This document shows positions 62,671 through 64,000 of a DNA stretch of 64,000 nucleotides, piece after piece (positions within the stretch are counted from its first letter, which is position 1; every line of letters starts with the position of its first letter). A program made the translations under genes and the position numbers. The stretch spans positions 2,232,001-2,296,000 of the forward strand of contig CM068757.1 in the NCBI GenBank assembly GCA_035084275.1, written 5' to 3'. Source of the stretch: Hydrolagus colliei. Lineage: Eukaryota. The notes under the pieces are model-generated. The model saw only the letters and a list, made by a program, of their open reading frames with translations, was not told where the DNA came from and did no database searches.

Positions 62671-64000
62671 CGCATGACTCATCCCTGTTGTACCTTGCTT
62701 TACAGGAGATCTCAGGCCCAGTGAAAGATGGTAAGGTTTGGGACTGAGCTTTCACCTGTAATTTGTCCATTGAACTCCAGACGATACTGTAAATGTGAAC
62801 AGGTAGACACAGAATTTTCAATCAAATGGCTGAATTTTAAAAGGATCTACTCTTTTTCATGGGAGCAGAATAGCCCGGCCTACCCAAGCATTCCCTTTCC
62901 TCCTTTTGCTGAATTACAGCTTTGGCAAAATCCCACAGCTTAGCAGGCAATGAATGGAGACTGTGGAGGAGGTCCCTGGAACAGCACATCTGTCGAGAGC
63001 CACAGGTGTGGTAGACATGGATCTCAACTAATTCCTTCCCAAATTCCATACAGCAAATACTGACTGATTCCTGTGAAGTACATCACAACACTTGATGGTC
63101 TATTCAATTATAGATTCAGAATGATGGAATATTAAATGGACCACACACTTCACATGTGCTTGGCCAATAATTACACCCAATGCCTTTTCATTATGCGACT
63201 TTCCTAACGGACATATATTTCGATGTTTCTTGATCTCTGTTAACGGAGTTAACAGCTCTGCAGTCAGCAAGTTTCTCTCTGTGGCGGATTCAGCAGAAGT
63301 GAATTAAAATGAGGCAGAACAGGAATCGTTAATTGCTTTCTTTATCGTGAGATCTGTCTCATTACTTTGCAATTCCCTTTCAAACAACTCAGCCAAAACC
63401 AGTCCTAAACCATCCAGGCAGACTGCCTCTCTGAAGAATTTCGATCTTTCTATTGAATTGTTTCCGTAAAATAGTCGGGCAGATAACTAATAATATGGAT
63501 TTGAAATATTGAATTGAAATTGGGAGGTATTGTTGTAGGGTAGCCAAATGTAGTATAAAAGGGAAAGGAGAGGGGGGAAAAAAATGAATTAGTTTTTCGT
63601 CCAGAAATCTGTCCTGCTGCTATCTCCTGGTAAAAGAAAAGATAAGGCATATGGCAAATATTCTTTCAGGGCTTACAGGGAAGGGAATCTGTTAAGCACA
63701 TTCGATAAATACAGATCACATTAACCTTTCAGAAAGTGTTAAAAATAGAAAAGTCCTGCTGGTATGACACTGAGGGAATATTTTTCAATCTGAGAGAATT
63801 GTTACGCAAAAGGTTTGAATGCGATAACTCTAATGATGCTTCAAATTGTTCTTTCTTTGAAGCAGCAACTTCAAAAGAGCGTCCTTGTTTAATCTGCCCA
63901 TTTTTATTGATTTGACACAAAAATAATAGTGAATGGGCGATGGCGATACGATGCAGGTTGTCTGAGATATTTCTTCATGCTGCACAGTAAAGATTTATTC

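Noticed and set aside
1-64000. The many short ORFs in the six-frame track as protein-coding genes
   Set aside because: All are 60-160 aa, many use non-ATG starts, and many are Cys/Phe/Leu-rich or overlap repeats. Only the L2-derived fragments match a known family.
1-64000. CRISPR arrays, operons or other prokaryotic systems
   Set aside because: There are no regularly spaced repeats and no gene-dense structure; the sequence is vertebrate non-coding DNA.

Overview
AT-rich eukaryotic (vertebrate) non-coding DNA, most likely a long intron or intergenic tract. The repeat content points to a cartilaginous fish, probably a holocephalan such as Callorhinchus milii; this is an inference from remembered repeat consensus sequences, not a database result. 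No host protein-coding gene could be identified. The only protein-like ORFs are decayed L2 (CR1-clade) LINE ORF2 fragments. The window holds many copies of a young tRNA-derived Deu-domain SINE with an (ATT)n tail, older SacSINE1/AmnSINE-like Deu-SINE relics, another ancient tRNA-SINE family, L2 3' ends with (GTT)n tails, CR1 tail relics and microsatellites. The most notable item is a ~240-bp palindromic element (59884-60123) flanked by a 13-bp target-site duplication. It carries a minimal type-I hammerhead ribozyme of the dimer-forming kind known from Penelope-like elements, and a decayed second copy lies at ~33.6 kb. Also notable: a fully traceable templated fold-back insertion at 39036-39098 copied from 37929-37953, a pre-miRNA-sized hairpin at 8087-8165, repeated nesting of retroposons inside related retroposons, and several unverified splice-site-bounded exon candidates on both strands.
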